From: Harriotta raleighana | Taxonomy: Eukaryota | NCBI GenBank assembly: GCA_050575255.1 | Contig: JBNZDD010013726.1 | Location: 1,280,409 to 1,344,408 of the forward strand | Reading direction: 5' to 3' | Length of the DNA stretch: 64,000 bases | In this document: piece by piece, positions 13,267-24,047 of the stretch | Numbering within the stretch: position 1 is the stretch's first letter | Layout: the number at the start of each line of letters is the position of its first letter | Made by a program: the position numbers and the translations under genes | The notes under the pieces: model-generated | Databases searched by the model: none | Told to the model about the DNA's origin: nothing | What the model saw: only the letters and a program-made list of their open reading frames with translations

Positions 13267-13666
13267 TAGTTTGACAAAGATGTCCGAATGCGTCTTTGAA
13301 ATTACAACCAATTAGCATTTGAATATTTCTGCACCTTCCAAATGGAACAGCTATTATAACAAGTGGTCACACCTCCCTTAAATAATTATATTCTGTGGGC
13401 CTCCCTTTCAGAAATAAAATCATCAGAACAGTACTGCCTGCTATTTTTGACCATCAGTTGGGGTTCAGAACAACAACAAATTGTATTTTTACATAACGTA
13501 TTTCATGGCAGGAGGACGTCCCAAGAACAAACTTCAATTGAAAATCAATGGTTAGCATTTGGGCACCCACCGGAAAAAAGCAAGAAAATAGGAAAAAGCA
13601 AGAGAAATTACATCACTCAGTCTCCTATTCCATGTGATGGTTTTCCATTACTGACTGTCGTCTGAG

Positions 13667-13755
13667 GTGGCCATGATGAGCGGTTTTATAATTCGACCAC
13701 TCTTCTGAGTGATCAGTCCTACGGCAAATAATTCTTCATCGGAACGACTGACTAC
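13667..13755 (+). ncRNA. Candidate box C/D snoRNA-like element (alternative: minus-strand exon or conserved non-coding element)
   Basis: Box C ATGATGA 13673-13679, D' CTGA 13705-13708, C'-like GTGATCA 13709-13715, box D CTGA 13748-13751, terminal stem GTGG/CTAC with K-turn spacing; locally CpG-rich. Confidence 0.3.
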
Positions 13756-13870
13756 GGCTGCAGAGATTGCAATTGAGATTCAATGCTATGGTTATTTCCC
13801 CAAACTCGAATTATTAAGAAATTGATAGTGAGTACCATAGCAGACTGATGGACATTACACAAAGTGCATA

Positions 13871-14340
13871 AACAACAACGTGCATCTATGCAGTGCTCTT
13901 CATATAGGATAACATCTTATAGCGTTTTACAAAGATGGGACTGGATACTGTGCAGAGGAGGAGGTTATTAGATGCTTTCGAAAAGCTAGAGTTTTATGTG
14001 GAATTTAAAGATGGGTAGAGGGAGGGTGAGGCAAAGGATAGAAGAAGTGAATTCCAGTGGAAAGGGCCATAAATGCTGAAGACTGATTGTGGCATTGACT
14101 GAGCAGGGGATGGACAGCAGGCCTGAAAAGAGAGGATAAGCAGAAGAATGGGATAGGAGAGGATCACAGCGGTAGGGAGGTGATGGAAGTGAAGAGATTT
14201 ATACATGAGGGATGAACATCCTGAAGTCTGTCCACTGAGAAACAATGGAGCCTGGTGAGGATTTGGGGGATTTGTTGTTGGTGAGGATGTAGCCAGCAGA
14301 GCTTGTAGATGGTGCTCTGAGACGCTACCATGCATGGAGG
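13871..14340 (-). mobile_element. Degraded L2 LINE 3' fragment
   Basis: (CAA)n tail at the left and a purine-rich + strand; the minus strand carries remnants of the L2 ORF2 C-terminus (FSIYGPFHWNSL, cf. AFRHTVPNLWNSI at 23.8 kb). Confidence 0.6.
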
Positions 14341-15084
14341 GTGCTTTATAAGTGTAAGTTGTTGTTGGTGGTGGTGGTTGTGGTAGTGAAACTAGGGAGG
14401 TCAAAAAGCTTATTACAATTCAATACACTTATTGTTTTTTTAAAAATTCCAGCAGAAATAGTTTAGATTCAGATGGTTCATCTGCAGAAATGTCTTGAAG
14501 AGTTAATCGATTCCTTCTGAATTAGCAGCCAAGTTGACATTGCAGCCACAGTTGATGAGCTGCCACACAAGGCATGTGCTTTGTTACCTGAACTCTTCTA
14601 TCCACAATGCAAGAGAAAAAGTTTTGACTTGACCAAGGTAGCGGATTACAGTGAACTTGATGAATCTGATAATCGTAGCTTTGAGCCTTGCTGCTCTTAC
14701 ACTGAAAATATATATTTTTAAAAAGTTAAGTAAAGAAAAAATTTAGCTTGGTTGAATACACAGTACAATATTTTCACATGTTCTTGTTTGATATACAGTA
14801 TAATGATATTTCTGGAGGACTCTGCTGCAAATTAGCTTTTGGCTAAGACCCTCAATGGTCCCATGGAATTTGTTATTGCTGTTCTCAAATGGATCTAGAT
14901 CCTGCATAAATAATACATACAATTAAAATATAAAAACTTCAGAAGAACATCCGTACCAGCCCTCCCTCACCGCATGACATTATCCTCCACACCCCTTGTC
15001 TGGCCTCATTCCTGGAATTGTTCTCCAGTATTAAAGTGGCTATGTAACCTTGCCAGTAATGTTTTTCCAGTCTTGTGTTTAAAA

Positions 15085-15250
15085 AAAACTTGCATTTTTA
15101 TATCGCATCTTTCACGTCCGGATTATCTGTTTTGTAGTGAACTCAGCAGCCAATCTGCACACAGCAATGTGTGAAAAACAGCCACAAAGTGAATGATCAA
15201 TTTTATTTGGAGTTGTTGTTGGCCAGGACATTGGGAGAATTTCCCTTCTC
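15085..15250 (-). mobile_element. Degraded Deu-type SINE fragment
   Basis: ACTTGCATTTTTATATCGCATCTTTCACG tail; GCAGCCAATCTGCACACAGCA; TTGGCCAGGACATTGGGAGAAT. Confidence 0.55.
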
Positions 15251-16347
15251 ATGTTCACCTACATGGCTCTGTGATTAGTTTGAATTCAGTGATGAATGTT
15301 AGCAAGTTCAAGAACTCTCTCGCAAATGATTTAGAACTTCTTAAACTTCCTTATGTGATGGTATTCTAATAATTATAATAATAATGAAACCTTACAATTT
15401 GTGTAGCGTCTTTCACTCCAGAAGGACATCCCAAAAGCCTTCACAGGATAAATTAAAATGTTCTTATATGTGGGTGAACGCAGCAGCCAATTTTCACACA
15501 GCAATGAAATGACTAATTTTGTAGGATTGCTTGGGACGTCCTTCCAATGTCAAAGGCGCTATAGAAATGTAATTTTCTTGTTGCTCGGCAGGACACTGGG
15601 AGAAACTCCCTTCTACTCTATGAGTCTGAGTCAAGTGATAAACGAGGAGGCAAATTAACTTCACTCAGTGACTTTGCTCGACACTGCAGCTCAGATCTGG
15701 AACATCCAGAAATGGTGAACGTTGAGTATCATTACAGCACTTTGACCTCATTGTACTCATTGTTTTATATAATGACAGCAGCATGCTCAATAGCAGAGAG
15801 AGTGACCTAAATAATTCCCATTCTGATTCTCTATGGGATCCGAATCTCTGAATATTTTTCTGTAGAAATTATATAACACATTTTGCTTTGTATTATAAAT
15901 CAAAGTGCTGTTCAACTAACAAATGAATAAAATTTCCTTGAAGGCTGCATCCAGGTGGTTAGCAATCTTTTAAAAAGATCGGCATTGTGATCTTGATTCC
16001 TAATGGAAAGAATACAATTATCACCAAATGGACAAATGGACAATTTGCTATTCCCACAGATTTAAAGGCTGGATCCTCAGTTGAGCCAGAGTCAGTGAGA
16101 GCTATTTGCTTCCAAAATATGCATACATTTCCTTGGAAAATAAGTATTTTGACTTTGTATACTATGTGGCAGACAACAGCACTCAAATCAAATAAATAGG
16201 TCTGAAGTACATCTGAAGCTATAATCCCTGCTCCACTCTGGAAATAATTTCACCAATCCAACAGATCTTAATATCCTTAAAACACTTAAACTATATACTG
16301 TATATATCTAAGGTTTGTCTTTGTTGTTACCTGTGAATATATAAAAT

Positions 16348-16636
16348 TAATAATGATGCTTGCCCGTGTTCTAGAAGTCTCAAAGCACTTCACAGAATAT
16401 ACTGTAAAGTGAATTGACTATATACAGGTGGGCAAAATGCAGCAGTCAATTGCACACAGCGTGTCCCCACAAACAGTCATGGATTGAAATGACCAATTTA
16501 TTATTGTTTTGTTTGAGGGATTATTAATAGGAGTGTGGAGTAAGGAAACTTGCCCAAGATTTTGCCCTGGCCTGGAATTGAACCCAGGTCTCTCACTTCT
16601 AAGGCAAGTGCTCTAACCACAGAGCTACGGGACTCT
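16348..16636 (-). mobile_element. tRNA/Deu SINE (GGAGTCC-head subtype)
   Basis: AAAGCACTTCACAGAATATACTGTAAAGTGAATTGAC ... GGAATTGAACCCAGG ... CTCTAACCACAGAGCTACGGGACTC. Confidence 0.88.
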
Positions 16637-17099
16637 GTTGAGTCTGGTATATAATTGAATCTGGATTTCTGTGCAGGTTACGAGCAATCACATTTGACTG
16701 TACCACATATGAATTTAAAATACATATACATCTATTTAATCACTTTATGATGATTACAATGGTTCTGGTTAGACAAGCTAAGAACATAATAAGCAATAAA
16801 GATGTGGTGTGAATTGCTGTTTCATGGTGACTCAGTGTTATTTAAATGAAGCCCACATTTGTGTGTTAAAAACCCTGTTCATTTCCAGGATTATCTTATG
16901 TTCCCTGTTGGTACACACTTGTAACAATTATGTTGATATTTTATGGTGTTTTACTAATATTTTGTAAGAGGGTTTGCTTATATCCCTGTATTTTAATCCT
17001 TTTATTGGCATCAACACATATTTCAGTTTGAACAGCTTGTTCTCCTGAAGCTGTTAACCTCTGCAGTCATGTTCTTCATTACAATATCATTAACGTGGA

Positions 17100-18150
17100 T
17101 GTCTTCATTTTTTCTCAACCGAGGCTTCGCACCAACCATGGAAGTGAAGGCCCTTGACCATGTCCGTCTGATTTGCCTCACCTCTGCCCTCACCCCGTCC
17201 TCCCCATCCTGGAATCGTGATGGTAAAGTCCTCACTTACCACCCTAACAGCCTCAATATTCAACATATCATCCTTAGAAACTTCCGACACCTCTCCGCAT
17301 TCCAAAGGGACCATTCCCTCCAGGATTCTTTGGTTCACTCTGCCGTCAGCACCCCCAGCTGCTCTCCTTCCCCTGGCACGTTCCTATGCCATCGCAGGAG
17401 ATGTAATACAGGCCCTTTCACCTCCACCCAAACGACTCTCCAGGGGCCAAAACACAGCTTCCATGTGAGGCAGCGATTCACATGTACTACCACCAATGTA
17501 GTATACTGCATCCGCTGCTCACGATGTGGCCTCCTCTAGATTGGGGAGACTAATCGCAGATTGGGAGACAGATTTGCAGAGCACCTTCGCTCTGTACGGA
17601 AGGTCAACCCTCCATTTCAACTTGTGCTCACGTTCAGAGGCTGACCTTTCCATCCATGGTCTCCTGCGGCTGTTACAGTGACCTACAGCGAAAGCTTGAG
17701 GAACAGCACCTCATCTATCTGCTGGGGACCTTGCAGCCCTCTGGTCTCAACATCGATTTCAGCCACTTCAGGCCATAAGAGCTCCCCCTCCCTCATCACA
17801 ATCATAACTCCAGAAACCCCTTGTCTCTCTGGTGTTTTGGCTGTTCTATCACCACTAAACATCTCTTCTCCCCAGTTTCGTTCAAACCCACCCCCTTTTG
17901 TTTCTCGCCCGTACATCTTTATCACATTTTCAACCCATCAGTTTACACACTCTTTTTCCTCTGTCTTCTTTGTCTCCTTTGTCTTCCATGTCCTGCCTTT
18001 CCCCCCTACACCAATGTCCTTAAAAACCTTTCCCTCCCAACATGCCCCAGTTCTGACGAAGGTTTGTGGACCCGAAACGTTGACTCACTTTCCTTTCTCC
18101 ATGGATGCTGCCTGAACTGCTGAGTTTCCCCAGCAACTTCTGTTTTTGTT
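17100..18150 (+). mobile_element. 5'-truncated Penelope-like retroelement (RT C-terminus, linker, GIY-YIG endonuclease; inactivated)
   Basis: Translation MSSFFLNRGF...VLTYHP...C..RRCN...FTCTTTNVVYCIRCSRCGLL*IGETNRRLGDRFAEHLRSVRK, with the YIG Tyr codon now TAG and frameshifts downstream; pyrimidine-rich 3' region; flanked by TCATTAACGTGGA / TCATTAACATGGA. Confidence 0.9.
18049..18085 (+). ncRNA. Minimal type I hammerhead ribozyme motif in the Penelope terminal region
   Basis: AGTT-CTGACGA-A-GGTT(TGTG)GACC-C-GAAA-CG-TT-GACT: core CUGANGA/GAAA, helix II, palindromic AACGTT in place of helix III, helix I AGTT/GACT. Confidence 0.7.
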
Positions 18151-18159
18151 TCATTAACA

Positions 18160-18449
18160 TGGAGTCCAGTAGCTCAGTGGTTAGAGCACTCGCCTCACAA
18201 GCGAGAGACCTGAGTTTGAATCCAGGCAGTCAAAATCTTGGGCATTTCCTTGTTCCACACATCTGAAAATACCTCCAAAAAATTGTTCATCTCAATCCAC
18301 CACAGTTTGTGGGACACTGCTGTGTGTAGCTGGTTCCATTTCGCCCATAAAATATACAGTCAATTCACTTTACACTATATTCTGTGAAGCGCTTTGAGAT
18401 GTCTAGAATACATGAAAAATCCAGTATAAAATGCAAGGATTATTATTAT
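18160..18449 (+). mobile_element. Full-length tRNA/Deu SINE
   Basis: TGGAGTCCAGTAGCTCAGTGGTTAGAGCACTCGCCTCACAAGCGAGAGACCTGAGTTTGAATCC ... AAATGCAAGGATTATTATT. Confidence 0.9.
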
Positions 18450-19524
18450 GAAAGCCTTTGTATTTCATGGTCTACTTACCTCTAGGTTGAGACATTGTGT
18501 AAGCCTCCCTTTTTAATATGAGATGGCCACAATTGCAAGATTCAGCTTGTAGTGGGAAGAAAAGCTGGTTGTGAGCTAAAATCCTTGTTTCAAAATGGCA
18601 AACTTAAGCCTTCACAAATCTTCATACTTCTCTGAGGTTTGCAGTATGAAGGACAAATATTCTTTGCAGCCTCACTGCAAACATGATGTGAAACAAGATT
18701 ATATACAGAGTATTATGAGGATAATAAGGCTAAGGTCAACCTTACATTGGAGGATGCATATTTATTTTTAGTATTGTATGATTAAACCACAGTGCAACAA
18801 GAAAAGATTAGAATCCATTTGGATTTGTTGCATAGTCAGGGCTTGAGATCAATCAGTAGTTAGTAATTCCCCTTGGTCTATCTCTGGAACATTCGATGTC
18901 AGTGTTCATAAAGTTTCCTTGTTAAAGATCACTCATGTCGCCCAAACTTTCACCATGCAAAAAGCTACTGCAGGTCCACAAAACGAACAATTCTTTATGT
19001 GACTAAGTATAGCAACACTGAGGTTCTCTGTTAACATTTCAACAGCAGTTTCCCACATCTCATTTTCTCCCTCCATTTATTCACACCCTCCCTCACCTCA
19101 TTTGCTTTCTCACTGCGTATGCCCCTTCCTTGCCTTCATTCAAGGTCTAATTCAAGATGTATTTCTTTGTCCCTGCTTTTGGTCACATTACGCTTCCACA
19201 CCCACTTCAGCTTTCACTACCAGCTTGTAACAAGCATTTTGTGATGTCATGTTTAATCATTGGTATTTAAATGATAATTAAGCCAGATATAGCCATTTAC
19301 TCCATATACCCTGTGAATTGTCCATCCCTATCTTCCCATCTGCATTTTGGAACTGCAAAAGTTTGGATTGTATGCATATTTCCTCACCTTCCATCAGACA
19401 TTTTTATTTTTATCAGGGCGATGGTTTTCAACACCTCTGACAGCAAAGTATGAATAATGAGACTTTAGACATCAGACAAAACAGCAGCTGGAATTGGCAA
19501 TGAAAGTGAAACATTTGGCAAATC

Positions 19525-19701
19525 TTGACCTTCAAAAGACTTGTATTTGTGCATCAATTGTTTTAATTATTTCACTACGGTGTCTGTTTATTGAAAGTGG
19601 CATGTATTGTTCCTCTCAGCTGTTGAATTCTCCCAGATGTCAATTACCTTCACTGTATGGTTGCAACCCACTTTTTTCTTCCCATGTCCAATACTTTAAC
19701 C
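19525..19701. repeat. Copy 1 of a diverged ~177-bp direct repeat
   Basis: Colinear with 22105-22280; identical blocks AATTATTTCACTACGGTGTCTGTTTATTGAAA and AATTCTCCCAGATGTCAATTACCTTCA. Confidence 0.9.
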
Positions 19702-20947
19702 ATGAAACAAAAGGTTTTTGCCAGATATTTCTTTGTGATGACTCTACCCCTTTAATATCCAGTGAGCTCTGTATTCAATTTCATCCCATTTCATCCTCAG
19801 TTAATTACTTAATCTTATTAGCATAAAACTCTCAAGGGAGCTGGCAGTACTGTACTGGGATTAAGGCAAATACCGGAAAAGTCAAAACTGCCCGCTATGT
19901 TTTATTTCAGAATAGCTGGAAACATTAAAAATCCTCATTTGAAAACAAAATTGGTACAAAAAATACTGATTAGCTTTTTAACCTTCTCTTAGGTTAAATA
20001 ACATTGATGGGTAACTGATTGAGATGAGTTACCGAGCTCAATTGTATGATGGACTGGAACTGATATCAGTGGAAACCAGGGTCCTGGACATGGGTGATAA
20101 TAATAGTAATCCTTGTATTTGATATAGCACCTTATCACGTCGTTGATACATCTCAAAGCATTTCACAAGGTAACAATATTGCAGAAGCATAGGTATTTGT
20201 ATCTCTTTCTTTTCAGTATCATCTTCTCCTAGATTTCACGCTCCATCAGAAGCAAATAGACCAACAGGAATGACTTAGCTGATGAAAGGCTGGTAGACAA
20301 GGTTTATATTCCTTTGTACAAGGAAATGGGACACATTTATTTTCAGACAAGGACCACTGTACAAACTTTCCCCCAAACCATTGATTTTTTGGACAAGATA
20401 ATGTTTAGCAAATCTGATTGCTTTCAAATTTGAAGAACCCAAATGCACTCAGTTAGGTCAAGTGAAGGAGATTAACTTGATTCCCATTATACACTTCCCT
20501 TAATCATGGCTCAGGTAGATCTGGCCGACTGTATGAATCAGGTTTATATCTGCTAATAGGCGAGAGCACTGTAAAAGCCGCATGTGACAGGTACAAACAG
20601 GCCTGACAAGCTTGCCCCAAATTGAATTTGTGGCTATTTCTCTGTTCTGAATTGATTTTGTGAAAGACATTGTTTTCACAAATTCAATTTGTTTGTCTTC
20701 CTTTTATCCAGATTATGGGATCTGTTAAATAAAAAGGCAGGTGCACATCAGCCCCGGCCATTCTCAAGAAGGAAATTACATGTTTATCACTTTAAAACGT
20801 AAACCCTGACTCTGATTCTTTTTGACATTTGCACTTATTAAGATACACCAGCAGGGTAAAGAGAACCGGATTCCCAGAGCTTTGAGGGAATTTCCCTGAT
20901 GCTTCTTTTCCCATGTCACAACTCCACTTGTAATCAAGTGCTTCCAC

Positions 20948-21007
20948 AGTGTCTTGGGACATCCTCCTGACGTGAAAGGCGCTACATAAATGTAATTTTG
21001 TTGTTGT
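20948..21007 (+). mobile_element. L2 tail-only insertion
   Basis: AGTGTCTTGGGACATCCTCCTGACGTGAAAGGCGCTACATAAATGTAATTTTGTTGTTG. Confidence 0.75.
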
Positions 21008-21663
21008 CCATAATGCCTTTCTCCAAGCCGCCTGTAATAAAGTGGAATGTAATTATAATTGCAATATTTACAGCTGTTGCAGTAGAATTAATCCTGAATA
21101 GGGGGGAAGCAGCCCCAGAGACTTATGAAGCTAGGCATTACTGATAGAACAAGTCACAGAGGGTGTAAATGTGACAGCTGAATTCGCCTGCTGCTTTAAT
21201 CCTACAAATGAAAACGATGGCCTCCGTGCATACGTGCGGAGTGAGTTTACATGTTCATGTGTCCGTATTATTGGTTGGTGTATTGTATTCTAATTCACAT
21301 TGGTTTCAAAAAGCGGAATGTTTTAATTTGCCATCTGCAAAGATCACGTATATTTGGCCTGGTCTTGACTGATATTCATACTTGGATTTCCCCTTGTTGG
21401 AAAACGTCCCCTGTCAGTTTGTTTGTCTGATGGAGAGATGGAATCAGTCAGGGGAAAAGGGTATCAACCCATTCTACTTGAGCATGCCTCAGTGAGAGGA
21501 TGAGATTTGCCACCTTCCTTTGAGACAAATAAAAAAGGATTTATTTGGAGAGGGAAAGGGATCTATCTCCAAACCACAAAAGTACACTTTCTAGTTGTAA
21601 GCAAGGGTGCGGAATAGAGGGTTATGGAGCAAATTATTTTGTCTAAATTCCATTCTACTTAGT

Positions 21664-21730
21664 AGCGCCTTGGGACGTCCTCCCAATGTGAAAGGTGCTA
21701 TACAAATATAATTTTATTTTTGTGGTTGTT
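21664..21730 (+). mobile_element. L2 tail-only insertion
   Basis: AGCGCCTTGGGACGTCCTCCCAATGTGAAAGGTGCTATACAAATATAATTTT. Confidence 0.75.
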
Positions 21731-21917
21731 ATGATCACAGGTAGGAATTCTGGTCATTTAACATTGGGGGAGGTGGAGTGAAAGGAGGAGAATAGCATTT
21801 CACAAATGTTGTTCACTGCAAAAATGATATTATACTTCCTGTGCTGCAAGGAGCAGGAAAACGTGAATGATCCAGGGGTTGATGGTGCAGTTATATTTTA
21901 GGTCCAGTCTGACCAAG

Positions 21918-22070
21918 GATCATAGAATCATACAGCACAAAAGGAGGCCATTTGGCCTATCGTGTCTGTGCCGACTCTGAAAAGAGCTGTCCAACTCATT
22001 GCAACTGGCCCGCTTTCTCTCCAAAGGCATGCAATCTTGTCCTCCCCAAGCTTCTTCCTAACCTCCCCTC
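21918..22070 (-). mobile_element. CR1-type LINE 3' end
   Basis: CATAGAATCATACAGCACAAAAGGAGGCCATTTGGCCTATCGTGTCTGTGCC is the reverse complement of a typical CR1 tail ending (ATTCTATG)n. Confidence 0.65.
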
Positions 22071-22104
22071 TGTTTCTTTTAACATGGCATGAAAAAGTTT
22101 CCAT

Positions 22105-22280
22105 TTGACTTTCAGGGACTTGTATTTTTGCACCAATTATTTCAATTATTTCACTACGGTGTCTGTTTATTGAAACTGGCGTGTATTGTTTCTCTCAGCT
22201 GTTTAATTCTCCCAGATGTCAATTACCTTCATTGTGCAGTTGCAACCCACATTTTTCTTCCTATGTCCAATACTTAAACC
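22105..22280. repeat. Copy 2 of the diverged ~177-bp direct repeat
   Basis: Colinear with 19525-19701. Confidence 0.9.
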
Positions 22281-23489
22281 TCAGCAACATTCAATTAAAT
22301 TGCTGTGTCTCAGCTGATTTCAGAAAAGAAAACTTATATTTGGCAACTCTTCCTCATAAGCCTCAGTCTCTATTGTCTCTTCTTAATTCTGATTTATTGT
22401 GGTTGCTTGCAGTCACCCATCATTATATGATCATTATCTTTCTTATCTCATTGGAGGGGTGGTATAGTGGTGGGGGTGGGGTATATCAGATTCCTATTGT
22501 TAATCATTTTCTCTTCCTGATTGATAAATGAAGCTGCGCTAGTTTGCTTTATGTTTTAGGCTTACATTTTGATTTACTTAAACTCATTTCCAATTTAAAT
22601 ATGCTGCCTGATTTGAAAAATAATTCCCAGTTTCCAGATTGAGACACTTTGATGCAATCCCAATAACATCATAATTATTTGTTGTTTCATATGCCTCTCA
22701 GTCAAATATCTCAAACTCTGATGTCTTGTGGCAATAAGATATAGGCATTTGCTACAACCAAAGGTTAATGTATGCTTCCACTGGGATTTGAATTCCCTGT
22801 ATAGATGATCAACTTACTTATGCATAGATATTGTGGCACTGTGTTATAATATCAAAACAGATTTATATGAAGGAAATATACCATAGATTCTGTTTAAGCA
22901 TGTACATCTAGTCAGGTCTACCTGGTGGTAAATATTGTATCTTGGCAGTAGATTATGCAGCTTCTGTGTTTCTCCTTATGTAGGCGGGTATGAAGACGCT
23001 CATCAATTTCTATGAGATTTTTTGTTGGAAATGGTTCAGTCAGGAAAAATATTAGATTATGGTCAGCATGATGGGATGGGAGGTAGTTGCTAAGTAACTA
23101 TACTTAGTGTAACAGTGTGCTTCTAGAGTCTGTCAGCAGGATGGGGAATAGGCACACTTATTAAGAGGTTCAAGAGAATTTGCTGAGCTCCAGGAACACG
23201 GTGATGATCTTCTAATTTCATTTCTCTTCAACCCATTCACAGAAAATGTTGACAAAGAACTTTAGCATCCTGCATCCCTCAAGGACATCTCAGATTTAAT
23301 ATTCAGAACTGGAAGCAAGCCCAAAACTCCAAATTGGCTGAAATCTCCTGCTTGAGTTGATCCGCATTCTGGATTATGTTTAGCGCTGCTGGTGCTGGTT
23401 CTCCTTAAAGTTCAACCTTACTCTGTTTCTTATTCAAAACCAAATCTTCTCCACTTCAAAGTTGTAGATTTTCTAAAGTTGGCTCCACT

Positions 23490-24047
23490 ATGCCAGTGCA
23501 TTCCCCAATTCCTCCCTCCGTAGGTTGCAGATCATGCAGAACTCTGAAGCCTGTATCCTCTCCCACACCAAACACTGCAACCCTATTACCCCCATTAACA
23601 CCTGGCTACAGTGGCTTCCCATCACTCAGAGGATTCAATTCAGGATCCTGGTCCTCATCTTGAAAACCCTCCATAGCCTTGCCGCCCCACCCCATTACCT
23701 CTGCAATTTCCTAACCCCCTACCAGCCTGTCTGCTTGCTCCACTCAGCAGCCTTTTGCCTGCTCCTTTTTCCCCATCCCACCCATTTCAACAACAGCAGG
23801 CAAGCCTTCAGGCACACTGTCCCCAACCTTTGGAATTCCATCCCGCAATCCCTCTGCCTTGCCCCACCTAGACTCCTTCAAGGCCAACCTCAAGACCCTC
23901 CTCTTTAACCTGCCATTGGTCACCCCACTTTGCCTCCCTCCACCCCTCTGATCCCGACCCCAACTCAGATCCAAAACACTGACTTTCTAGCACCTTGGGA
24001 CCTCCTCCCAACGTGAAAGGTACTAAAATGTAATTTTGTTGTTGTTG
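23490..24047 (+). mobile_element. L2 LINE 3' fragment (ORF2 C-terminus, UTR, tail)
   Basis: LQIMQNSEACIL...ITPINTWLQWLPITQRIQFRIL...AFRHTVPNLWNSIP is the L2 motif HITP..LHWLP...RI.FK; ends in the hairpin plus (GTT)n. Confidence 0.88.

Noticed and set aside
13673-13709. SECIS element (ATGA...AA...TGAG)
   Set aside because: Helix II needs a 3-nt bulge and mismatches, and there is no selenoprotein exon context
17069-17539. 156-aa ORF as a host gene
   Set aside because: It is a Penelope ORF fragment ending in a premature stop within the GIY-YIG motif
18160-18235. tRNA gene
   Set aside because: A and B boxes are present but there is no acceptor stem, and it continues into a SINE body found in many copies
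20712-20800. Peptide LWDLLNKKA resembling the kinesin-13 motor motif LFDLLNKKA
   Set aside because: The similarity stops after nine residues and no other kinesin exons were found
23525-23908. 127-aa ORF
   Set aside because: L2 ORF2 C-terminal remnant
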